64,000 nt of DNA, from contig JBHGNT010000015.1 of assembly GCA_043228905.1 (NCBI GenBank), positions 434,001 through 498,000 of the forward strand, written 5' to 3'. The notes under the pieces are model-generated. The model saw nothing but the letters and a program-made list of their open reading frames with translations. It made no database searches and was not told where the DNA came from. How positions within the stretch are numbered: position 1 is the stretch's first letter; every line of letters begins with the position of its first letter. Below are positions 23,901 to 35,493 of the stretch, piece after piece. Source of the DNA: Azolla caroliniana (lineage: Eukaryota; Plantae; Polypodiophyta). Position numbers and translations under genes: made by a program.

Positions 23901-26900
23901 TAGGAGATGTCGGCAAGCCCCCAAGGTACAAAGCCAGGATCATGGTGAAGGGGTTCCAGCAGAAGAAGGGAGTGGACTTTGACGAGATATTTGCCCTGGT
24001 AGTAAAGGTGACTTCCATCCAGACAGTGCTGAGCATAGCGGCAAGCATGGACCTCGAGGTAGAGCAGTTAGACGTGAAGACGACGTTCCTCCACGACGAC
24101 CTCGAAGAGGAGATCTACATGCAACAACCAGAGGGATTTGTGAAGAAAGGGAAGGAGCACCTGGTTTGCCGGTTGAAGAAGAGCCTCTACGGGTTGAAGC
24201 AGGCTCCCCGGCAATGGTACCGGAAGTTCGACTCCTTCATGACCGACCAAGGGTACCACAAGACGCAGGTCAATCACTGCATATTTGTGAAGAAGTTCGA
24301 AGGTGGAGACTTCCTGATACTCCTCTTGTACATGGACGACATGTTGATCGTCGGACGAGACCAAGTCAATATATGAATGTTGAAGAAGGCTCTAAACCGG
24401 ACCTTCTCAATGAAAGACTTGGGTTCGGCAAGATAGATACTGGGGATGCATATCATCTAGGACCGGTCAACAAAACAATTATGGCTATCACAGGAGAAGT
24501 ACGTGACAAAGGTGCTTCAACAGTTCAACATGTCAGATGTGAAACCGGTTGGATCGACACCTGCCGGCAAACTGCAGGTTATCCGGTAAGCAAAGCCCAA
24601 AGACGAAGGCAGAGAAGGCGGATATGATGAAGATACCATATGCATCTGCCGTCAGGAGCTTAATGTACGCAATGGTGTGTACCCGACCGAATATCGGATA
24701 TGCAATCGGAGTCGTGAGCCGGTTTATGAGCAATCCCGGCAAGGAGCATTGGAATGCGGTAAAATGGATACTCCGGTACTTGAAAGACACCTCAACTATG
24801 TGTCTCCGATTCGGCTTCGGTAAACCCCAACTTGACGGTTTCACCGATTCAGATATGTCGGCTGATGCAGATACTAGTCGGTCAACATCGGGATATGTTA
24901 TGACATATGCAGGGGGAGCTATTTCGTGGCAGTCGAGGTTGCAGAAGACGGTTGCGTTGTCAACCATGGAGGCGGAGTACATGGCGACTGTGGAAGCTGG
25001 CAAGGAAATACTATGAATGAAGGACTTCATCGAAGAGTTAGGGATCCGGCAAGAGGAATACCGGCTCTACTGCAATAGTCAGAGTGACATCCACCTTGCA
25101 AAGAACGTTGCCTATCATTCCAAGACTAAGCACATCCAACGCAGGTACCACTGGATCCAGGAGTGAGTAGAAGATCGGGAGTTTGTGTTGACGAAAATCC
25201 ACACGGAGGAGAATGGGTCAGATGTGCTGACCAAAGTGTTGACATCCGACAAGCTAGATGCATGCAGGAAGAGGATCGGATTGACGAGGCATCCCATGCC
25301 GGATTGAAGGGGGAGTTTGTCAGGATTTCGGTCCCTCTGGATGGGATATGAGAACCCGACAACGCATACCCTGTGAGAATTAGATGATGAGTACCCGGCA
25401 AGGAAGACCCGGTGAGAACCGGATGACGCAGGCCCGATGAGAACCTCTCACCGGATGAAGGGACATATATGGAAATATGTTTTTTTGAGAGCCCATTGGG
25501 GCTATATCTGTAAATAATCCTAAAGTCATATTAGTATAAATATGACCTAGGGCAAACAGAGAGAGAGAGAGTGTGTGTGTGTATCATTGTGTTGTCATTA
25601 TTTTGTATAGTGTTATTGGTGTAATTGTTGTACAAAGTGTAGTAGAGAGTGAGAAGAGAGAGAGATAGAGAGAGACAGAGTGAGTCTTTGTTGTAACCGC
25701 CGCTAGGCGAAGATTGTGAGCACGAGGTCGTTGCCTCTGTGTTCCCCTGTTGTATTATTCTTGCATAGTGACAATTGGAGTTTGTGGACTCCTGTGGTTT
25801 TTTCCCATTTAAGGTTTTCCACATTAACATCCTGTGCATTCTCTTTCTATTTGTGTACTTACTTCCATTTCCCATTTCTTCTGTGTTTGATTATCATTAA
25901 GTGATCTAAGCTTTGGTTGTGGCCGAAGATTATTCCGCATATTATTGTCACTTACCACTAGGAAGATGCCTTAAAACTGTGTCCACCTCATCCTTAGGGA
26001 AATCCGCATCCAATTCATGACTAATGAGGTCATGCACAATACATCCAACCACATCATAAAACTCATGACGTGCTCTACTCACCTCATTTGTCATTAACAA
26101 TTGTGGGCCAATCAACTCCTTAAAGTAATGAACACATATGTCAATTATTTTAGTAGGATCCACTATCCATTCATCACCTTGCTTCACATGTACCACATTA
26201 GATCGAGTATAAGTAGGATGTAACGCTTGGAAAAACAAATGGGATTGACATTGATTATCTATGAGCCCATCCCTCAATTTTCGCATGTTCGCATAACGAT
26301 AACTTTGGCATTCCAATTGAGAAATAATAACATGCAATTGACTTTGGATATCCAAAAGCTCCTCATCTAAAGGTGCACGTATCAATAATGCATTACACCT
26401 AGAGAGAACTTGTGAGAATTTTAGAAGAAGACCTCTTCTTCGTTGAGCATTAGTTACTCCATACATACGATGAACGATCTTAATATTTCGTAATGTGATA
26501 TCCCAAGCTTTAACTCCTTTAAGATTCACTTCTTGTGAAAAATTTACCAAAATTTGCTCCATGAGAGAATCAAAGTGAGGTTGAAGCAAAAGAGAAGAGT
26601 TAAAGCGTAATGGAGGCTTTCCAAGTAAGGATTTATACATGTCAATTGCATGACCACAAATTTCCAAACAAATAGGAATGTGACCTGAAGTTCCTACATC
26701 TTGTAAAACTGCCATACGAAGTGATGTTGGTAAAAAAGAATCATTGTGCATCACATACATTCTATCTAACCAACTCATGTTTGTCTATGTTGAGCGGATT
26801 GGAAAGTAAAACCTGGATCATTCCCATGCAATCATGTCCAAACATCCAACTTCAAAACCTCCATACCCAATGAATCCCAAGCAAGTTGCTCAGGATCATC

Positions 26901-27049
26901 CACGATTGAATGTTCTGACGTAGATTGAGATGCATTAACACACATGTTAAAATCACCCATAAGTAATCCTGGACAGTCCACACATAGGGTTTGACGGAGT
27001 GAGCCCCATAATGCAATACGTTGAGTGGCTTGGTTAGGGGCATAAATCC

Positions 27050-30000
27050 TGTTGGGATTTCGGTCCCTCCGGATGGGATGTCCGGAGATGAATGACGGCA
27101 AGCCCGGAGGCTGTTACGGAACCGTAGGATGAAGAGTACCCGGCATGAAGCCGGATGAAGAGTACCCGGTTACGGAGCCGGATGACGTATGTACCCGGAG
27201 AGAGATCCGGATGCGGGGACATATCTGTGAATATGTTTGCCAAGGGCCCTTGAGGCTATATTTGTAAATAGCCCGAAAGTCATATGTGTATAAATATGAC
27301 TTAGGGCAAACAGTTTTGAGTTGTTGCTGATCATTTTTCTGTTTTTTTCCACTCAAGAGGAGTGAAGAGGGAGCAGCCGTGTGAGAGAGAGAGAGAGAGA
27401 GAGAGATAGAGCGTGAGAGAGGAAGAGGACGACGCCTCTGTGTATTTCCGCCGCCTGTGGCGAGGACAGCGAGCTCAAGGTCGTCGCCTTGCAGCTCGCC
27501 ATTGTATACTTCTCTTTGTATAGTGTTGGTTTGGAGTCTTGTACTCCCGTGGTTTTTCCCATCTAGGGTTTTCCACGTTAATCACTGTGTATTCGTGTGT
27601 TTCTCTCTGTGGTTCCTATTTTCTGCTGCATTGATTCGCGATTACTCGGTTGTGGCCGAGTGGTGAAGGTGAATCGGAACGTCGATTCCCAACAAACTGG
27701 TATCAGAGCGAGCTGCTGCAGAAAATGGAAGGCGGCGGTAGCGGGCAGCCGGGGATGATGGTGCTGAATGCGCAGAATTACGCCGACTGGAAGATCAAGA
27801 TGGAGGATCTTCTGATTGTTCGGGACCTGTACGAACCGATTGACAGGTCGGAAATACCGAAGGGGGTACTTGAGTCGGAATGGAGGCTTCTGAACCGGAA
27901 AGCCGTTGCAACCATTCGGCAATACGTCGACGTGAGCGTTCTACAACATGTGGCGAACGACACCAACGCATATGAGATGTGGCGGAAGCTGTCGGGCCTC
28001 TATGAGAGGAAGAATGCGTTGAACCGGACCTCCCTGATGAGGAAGATAGTGAATCTCAAGTACCGGGACGGCGAGAGTATGGTGGAACACGTAAGCACGT
28101 TCATGGGATTCGTGAATCAGCTTGCGGCGATCAAGTTCCCGTTGGAGGATGCAATGCAAGCCATCATCCTGATGTGTACATTGCCGGAAAGCTGGGAGAA
28201 CTTGGTGGTGACTCTCAGCACCTCCTGCACCGAAGATAACTTGTCCTTACAAACGGTAAAGACAAGTATTTTGAACGAAGAAGCGCGTCGGAGAGATAAA
28301 GAACCGGCCTCCGACTCGAAGGCGCTGCTTACCGAATCGGATCGGGGAAGACAATGGAACCGGAGTCCGCAAAGACGGGAGAAGTCGAGGACCCGGTCGC
28401 AGTCAAGAGGAAGGCCCACATGCTTCCACTGTGGGAAGCCGGGGCACTTCCGAAAGAATTGTCGGCATTACCAAAAAGACAACGGAGCCGACGACACCGA
28501 TTCGAAGAAGTCACCGGAGAGAAACGGTGCATACCGGGGAGCCACGGACCGGAGAGGTTCGGATCGGCGAGGGCAGGACCGGAAAGGAACAACGGCACTC
28601 GCGGCAAGTGAGGAAGAAATCATGCTCATCACCGAAGAAGGTGAACTAAACATTGCCGGCGATGAGACGACCTGGGTGGTCGATTCCGGAGCATCGTTCC
28701 ATCTGACCCCGGAGAGAAGATACTTCTCATCCTACACAGCCGGTGAGCATGGCTGTGTTCGGATGGGAAATGAAGGTACGTGCCGGATTGCCGGCATAGG
28801 AGACGTGTGGTTGACAACCCCGACCGGATGCAAAATGCTGCTGAAGGATGTCCGACACGTTCCGGAGGTTCGATTGAACCTGATTTCGGCCGGGAGGCTA
28901 GACGATGAAGGCTACACAGGTAGCATCCGGAACGGCGTAATGAAGTTCAGCAAGGGGAGCCTGATAGTGGCTCGGGCCCGGAAAGACAACACACTGTACC
29001 TTATGAATGCCTGGTTGTGTCCGGAAGAGCTGAATGTGACAGCCGACACTGCCGGTGAGCTGTGGCACAAAAGACTGTGCCACATGAGTGAGAAGGGGAT
29101 GAAGAGGCTTGCAGAAGACAACCTTATTCCAGTGAAGCATGTGCACCTGGAGAAGTGCACCGATTGCCTGGCCGGTAAGCAGAACCGAACCTCCTTCCAC
29201 TCAAGGCCACCGACGAGACGTAGCGCACCATTGGAGTTGGTGCACACTGATGTGTGTTAGGTAGAAACGAAGTCACATGGCGGAGCCCAGTACTTCGTGA
29301 CTTTCATTGATGATCACAGCCGGAAGCTGTGGACGGCACCGTTGAAGACAAAGGACCAAGTATTGTCCGTCTTCAAAGAACTCCACGCGAGAGTGGAAAG
29401 AGAATCCGGCAAGAAGCTGAAAGCGATACGAGCGGATAACGGAGGAGAATACCGGGGGCAGTTCGCGGAGTACTGTCGCTCGAAGGGAATCCGGCTCGAG
29501 TTTACTGTGCCGAAGACGCCGGAACTAAACGGGCTGGCCGAGAGGATGAACCGGACCATAATGGAGAGGGTCCGGAGTATGCTGGCGCATGCGAAATTAC
29601 CCAAGGGGTTTTGGGCTGAGGCAATGTCGACGGCGACATACGTGATAAACAGATCACCCTCAGTACCTTTGGACGGAGACACGCCGCAGAAAGTGTGGAC
29701 CGGTAAGGAAGTGTCCTACCGGCATCTGAAGGTGTTCGGGTGTCTCGCATACGTGCATGTGGCAAAGGACCGGAGAGGAAAGCTAGATCCAAAGACCCGG
29801 CCATGCATATTCCTCGGTTACGGCGACGACGAGTTCGGCTACCGAGTATGGGACCCGGTCGACAAGAAGATATTCAGGAGTCGAGACATCATCTTCATGG
29901 AGGACAAGACACTCGCCGACTGGGAGTCGGAGAAGAAGATGAAGAGCTCCAAGTCGACCGGTGAGGATCAACTCTACGAGGAGCAGTCCCGACCGGCAAG

Positions 30001-32165
30001 GGACCGGTTAGCACTCGAGGATCCGGCCGAAGACGGTGAAGAAACAGAACCGGCCGAAGAAGATGAAAATGATACCGGAACCGGCCCCGATCCCGAAATG
30101 GATTCGGATGAAGAAGAATCGGAAGAACCGGTTACCGAAGCTCCGGAACGGAGATATCCTCTAAGAGAGAGAAGGGCCCCCCGGAGATTTCCGGAACCAG
30201 AGCACGTGCTGCTAACCGACGAGGGGGAGCCGGAGAGCTTTGAAGAAGCAAAACATGACACCCAGAGCCGCAGGTGGTTGAGTGCCATGCAGGACGAGAT
30301 GGATTCCCTGCATGAGAACCACACATATGAACTTGTGGAGTTGCCGAAAGGAAAGCGGGCACTTCGAAACAAGTGGGTGTTCAAGCTGAAACCGGGAGAT
30401 GCCGGAAACCCCCCGAGATACAAAGCCAGGATCGTGGTGAAGGGGTTTCAGCAGAAGAAGGGCGTCGACTTCGACGAGATATTTGCCCCGGTAGTGAAGA
30501 TGACCTCCATCCGGACGGTGCTGAGCATAGCGGCAAGCATGGACCTCGAGGTAGAACAGATGGACGTGAAGACGACATTCCTTCACGGTGACCTCGAAGA
30601 AGAGATCTACATGCAGCAACCGGAAGGATTCGAGAAGAAAGGGAAGGAGCACCTGGTATGCCGGTTGAAGAAGAGCCTTTACGGACTGAAGCAGGCTCCC
30701 CGGCAATGGTACCGGAAGTTCGACTCCTTCATGACCGACGAAGGGTACCACAAAACGCAGTCTGATCACTGCGTGTTTGTGAAGAAGTTCGAAGGAGGAG
30801 ACTCTCTAATACTCCTCCTGTACGTGGACGACATGTTGATCGTCGGACGGGACCAGGTCAAGATACGGGCGCTGAAGAAAGCGCTTCACCGAACCTTCTC
30901 AATGAAGGACCTGGGTCCGGCGAGGCAAATACTAGGGATGCACATCATCCGGGACCGGAAGAAGAAGCAGTTGTGGCTGTCACAGGAGAAGTACGTGACA
31001 AAGGTGCTTCACCGGTTCAACATGTCGGAAGCAAGACCGGTCGGGTCAACCCTCCCGGCAAACTGCAAGTTGTCCAGCAAGCAAAGCCCCAAGACAAAGG
31101 CTGAGAAGGAGGACATGATGAAAGTACCATATGCCTCTGCCGTCGGAAGCTTGATGTACGCAATGGTGTGTACAAGACCGGACATAGGATATGCAGTTGG
31201 AGTGGTGAGTCGGTACATGAGCAATCCCGGCAAAGAGCACTGGAACGCGGTCAAGTGGATACTCCGATACCTGAAGGGCACGGCAAACGTGTGCCTCCGA
31301 TTCGGCTCCGGTAAGCCCGAATTCGACGGCTTTACCGATTCGGATATGTCGGCTGATGCAGATACCAGCCGGTCCACATCAGGGTATGTGATGACGTATG
31401 CAGGTGGAGCTGTTTCGTGGCAGTCGAGGCTGCAGAAGACGGTTGCGCTGTCAACCACGGAGGCGGAGTACATGGCGGCTGTTGAAGCCGGCAAGGAAAT
31501 AATATGGATGAAGGACTTCATTAGAGAGCTCGGTATCCGGCAGGAGGAGTACCGACTCTACTGCGATAGTCTGAGTGCCATCCACCTTGCGAAGAACGCG
31601 GCCTACCATTCCCGGACGAAACACATCCAGCGTAGATACCACTGGATCCGAGAAAGGATAGAAGACAAGGAGTTCGTGCTGACGAAGATCCACACGGACG
31701 AGAACGGGTCGGATATGCTGACCAAGGTGCTCACACCCGACAAGCTGGAAGCATGCCGGAAGAGGATCGGGTTGGAGAGACATCCCATGCCGAAGTGAAG
31801 GGGGAGTTTGTTGGGATTTCGGTCCCTCCGGATGGGATGTCCGGAGATGAATGACGACAAGCCCGGAGGCTGTTACGGAACCGTAGGATGAAGAGTACCC
31901 GGCATGAAGCCGGATGAAGAGTACCCGGTTACGGAGCCGGATGCTGAAGACCCCGGTTACGGAGCCGGATGACGTATGTACCCGGAGAGAGATCCGGATG
32001 CGGGGACATATCTGTGAATATGTTTGCCAAGGGCCCTTGAGGCTATATTTGTAAATAGCCCGAAAGTCATATGTGTATAAATATGACTTAGGGCAAACAG
32101 TTTTGAGTTGTTGCTGATCATTTTTCTGTTTTTTTTCACTCAAGAGGAGTGAAGAGGGAGCAGCC

Positions 32166-32196
<31 letters not shown>

Positions 32197-32479
32197 CGTG
32201 AGAGAGGAAGAGGACGACGCCTCTGTGTATTTCCGCCGCCTGTGGCGAGGACAGCGAGCTCAAGGTCGTCGCCTTGCAGCTCGCCATTGTATACTTCTCT
32301 TTGTATAGTGTTGGTTTGGAGTCTTGTACTCCCGTGGTTTTTCCCATCTAGGGTTTTCCACGTTAATCACTGTGTATTCGTGTGTTTCTCTCTGTGGTTC
32401 CTATTTTCTGCTGCATTGATTCGCGATTACTCGGTTGTGGCCGAGTGGTGAAGGTGAATCGGAACGTCGATTCCCAACA
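27050..32479 (+). mobile_element. Copia-2: near-intact Ty1/copia (Tnt1/Tork-like) element inserted in the LINE endonuclease region
   Basis: LTRs 27050-27694 and 31809-32479 (TG..CA), TSD AATCC, PBS tggtatcagagc 27698-27709, PPT gaagggggag. Confidence 0.97.
27725..31798 (+). pseudogene. Copia-2 gag-pol polyprotein with a single premature stop
   Basis: CFHCGKPGHFRKNC knuckle, WVVDSGAS protease, GAG-pre-integrase, DDE integrase, RVT_2 YVDD, RNase H. TAG at 29258-29260 where Copia-4 has CAA. Confidence 0.93.
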
Positions 32480-32660
32480 AATCCCAACCACCCACACAAC
32501 CTCGCCAAAAAAAGTGATTTCTAGAACCAAAAACCAACTATAAGGATCATTATGCACCACCTGAGGAAAATACTTATCCCGCACAATTAATACCACACTT
32601 GAATAATGATTATTAAGATGTCCTGCATAGAATGATGAATATCCCGCTCAATCCACCAGA

Positions 32661-35160
32661 AGAACCCCGTCCAGAGCTACGTAGAAGCAACAAAAGACGC
32701 AAATTGGCATGCTGTTATGGAGGAAGAAATGCAGGCACTAGATGCCAACGACACTTGGGACCTGGTTCACCCTCCTCGACACGATAAACCGATCGGTTGC
32801 AAATGGGTGAACAAGCTAAAGTACAACGTTGACGGTTTGGTCAACAAAGCCCGGTTAGTGGCGAAGGGATACGCACAGACCCAGGAAATCGACTACAACG
32901 AGACCTTCGCTCCGGTATCGTAGTTGACGACGGGTCGTGTGGTACTAGTTGTTGCTGCGGCAAGGGGATGACATCTTCACCAAATGGACGTGAAGAATGC
33001 ATTTCTTCAAGGTGATCTTGAATAACGGGTCTATATGATCCAACCCCCTAGATTCCAATCAGAGATGAACACGTCGGCAGTATGCTGCCTCAAGATGTCA
33101 CTCTACATTCTGAAGCAAGCCCCCTGAGCTTGGAATGTGAAGATCACACACTGGTTGAGTAAGATGGGGTTTGCGGCCTCAAAGACTGACTCTTCATTGT
33201 TCATCCGGAATGGTCTGGACGGTCCGGTTTGCCTTTTGCTTTATGTAGATGATTTAGTCATCACCGGATCCAAACTCGATGAAATCGGCAGAGTGAAGTC
33301 CCAACTGTCGGACGCATTTGAAATGAAGGACTTGGGGGACCTTCTTATTTTCTTGGGATCAAGGTGATCCGGACCCCAGACGGCATATTGCTCTCACAAC
33401 GCCATTATGTGTTGAATATGTTGTACAAGTTTGGCATGACAGAATGCCGATCGATCTCCACACCCCTGGACCGGAACCTGAAGCTACGTCTTGACTCCGG
33501 CCCGACCTGCGATGAGAAATGGTTCCAACAAATTGTCGGAAGCCTCATATACTTGACAAAAACTCAACCCGACATCAGTTACCCGATCGGAGTGATCAAC
33601 CAGTTCATGCAGAAGCCGATTGTCGAGCACCTTCAGTGCGCACACCGGATATTCCGGTATGTTAGCGGCACGAAGGACCGGGGACGGTTATACCTACACG
33701 GTATAATTGGGAAGCTAGTCGGATATACCGATGCCGACTGGGCTGGTAATGCATCGGATCGCCCATCCACCTCCGGTCACATGTTTTCTCTAGGTAGCGC
33801 GGTTGTTGCGTGGAGTAGCAAAAAGCAGCCGACAGTGGCTCTGTCGAGCACTGAGGCTGAGTACCGGGGCGCTACCAATGCCACCTGTGAAGCCATTTGG
33901 ATTCGGCGACTGCTGCGAGATCTCTGGATCGAGTGCCGACCCCGATCTTGATCTACTGCGACAACGTAAACAACATTCAGCTTGCCAAGAATCCTGTATT
34001 CCATGCTCGAACAAAGCACATAGAAGTGCATTATCACTTTTGTGTGTGAGTGGGTCCTGAGTGGTGAAGTTGAACTTCGGTATGTTCACACGGATCGGCA
34101 AGCTGCAGGTATCTTCACCAAGCCACTCGGATCAGACAAGTTGAAGCATTTTTCGGAGATGCTCGAGATTCAACGTCTAGATGTGCCGCACTTGAGGGGG
34201 AGAATAGGAATGGGAACAAATGGCACCGGACAAGGAGCCGGAGAGGAAGAAAGAACCAAAGGGGGAGATACGCATAAAAAGGAAGTCGAGCCGACCGAAG
34301 TAGTCAGCACATCCGAACAAGTCGAAGCAAGCGGTAGTGGTGGTAGAGTCAAGAAGGACAGAGCCAATTGGAAGAAGGCCAAGACCCGAACGTGATCCGA
34401 TGTGGTGAAGGGCCTTAAAACGGAAGACGAGTTGGAGACTACCAACTCAGACAAGAGCTGGAACGAATCGGAGACACCCGATTCGATTCAATAGTTGGAT
34501 TCGGAAAAGCCGAATAAACTAAAGGCCAAGCGAACGAGAAGGCAACGGAAGTCGACACCAACATGGAGGAACCAATGGATCGACAAGCATCAGAATCATA
34601 ACAGTGAAGGAGGTTAAATGGGCATGTTGAGCAGACAAGTCGACCAAGGAGGTCGAGGTGCGCAGTACCGGACGAGTCACGGGAAGAGGAACCGGACCGG
34701 ACGAGGAGTGCGAGCAAGGCGGGAAGACGTCAGAAGGAGCTAGAGGAAAGGACCGACTACAACAGACACTGACACCACGATCCGACCTCAAGTTGACCCT
34801 GAGGGGGAGTGTTGAGCGAGCAAGCTCAACCGGATCTGGATTGGATTGAAACCGGTAGGCCGTTAGAGGCCTACGGATCCAGCCTAGTATGTAGGCATAT
34901 TTTGGGGAGTCAGTGATAGTCGCTCATGTGAGCATTGAAGTACCTGTCAGTACTTCTATTAGTCCTTTATGGACTTGTATAAAAGTGCTCTCTGAGCACA
35001 TTCTATGTACAGAGTTTCAGAGTGTTATTTTGAATTGAGTTTATGTTCTGTTCTCTTTCTCTCTTTCTCTCCCACACGTATTCTCTATGTTAAGTTCTCC
35101 ATTAAACCTTTTCTAATTTTCTGTTGCTATCTGGCTGAGCCAGTTTGTTGAATGCTTCCA
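32661..35160 (+). mobile_element. Copia-3: 5'-truncated Ty1/copia of a different lineage (RT-RH remnant plus 3' LTR)
   Basis: MEEEMQALDANDTWDLV, ARLVAKGYAQ, LLYVDDL, GYTDADWAG, SSTEAEYR; many stops; PPT gagggggag then LTR from 34810 (tgttgag) to ~35160. No 5' LTR, gag or integrase. Confidence 0.85.
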
Positions 35161-35493
35161 CACGCTAACTTTCACAAAACTACACCCTTGCATGGAAGAG
35201 ACTACGGGAACCGAAACCACAAACACCCATTGAGGATCCCCACTCTTGGCACACATATAGAGAGAGACTCTACCACGTCCTGAACCAACCATCCATGCCA
35301 ATGCCTTCCACACCTCGACCTACCACGGGGACAAGGTCATAAAAAAATTTACAACATAGGAAGTCCATGGACCACATAGGATTGCGAGCCAAATATGTCA
35401 TATATGCTCGAGAGTGCCGAGCTCCTTTTCTCACTCTAATCTTCAACCACACCCTCGCCGAGGGTTTTCCCCCACAATGAACCATGAACACAG

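Larger units (their letters stand above)
13178..25950 (+). mobile_element. Copia-1: Ty1/copia (Tnt1/Tork-like) LTR retrotransposon, decayed, containing a nested gypsy element
   Basis: LTRs 13178-13845 and 25318-25950; TSD CTTAC on both sides; tRNA-iMet-type PBS tggtat(a)agagc 13849-13860; PPT gaagggggag before 25318; gag 13877-14230, then PR-IN-RT-RH 22044-25307 with many stops and frameshifts. Confidence 0.95.
10648..32660 (-). mobile_element. L1-clade LINE ORF2 (APE endonuclease, RT, zf-RVT), decayed, in three pieces: 10648-13177, 25951-27049, 32480-~32660
   Basis: EN motifs VGI|YAPN, LLMGDFN, SWLDRMYV, SGHIPI; RT motifs WRPISL, QYGFIAGR, LDLEKAYDHV, RQGCPISPL, LVDD; zf-RVT KVFIWRVLIGGLP..CFFC...EDSTHRFIQC. 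The reading frame rejoins across the copia TSDs (PSGK|SLGWDGL). Short A tail at ~10652. Confidence 0.9.

Noticed and set aside
29258-29260. Programmed stop-codon readthrough in Copia-2
   Set aside because: The sister element Copia-4 has CAA at this codon inside the integrase; a C>T mutation explains it.
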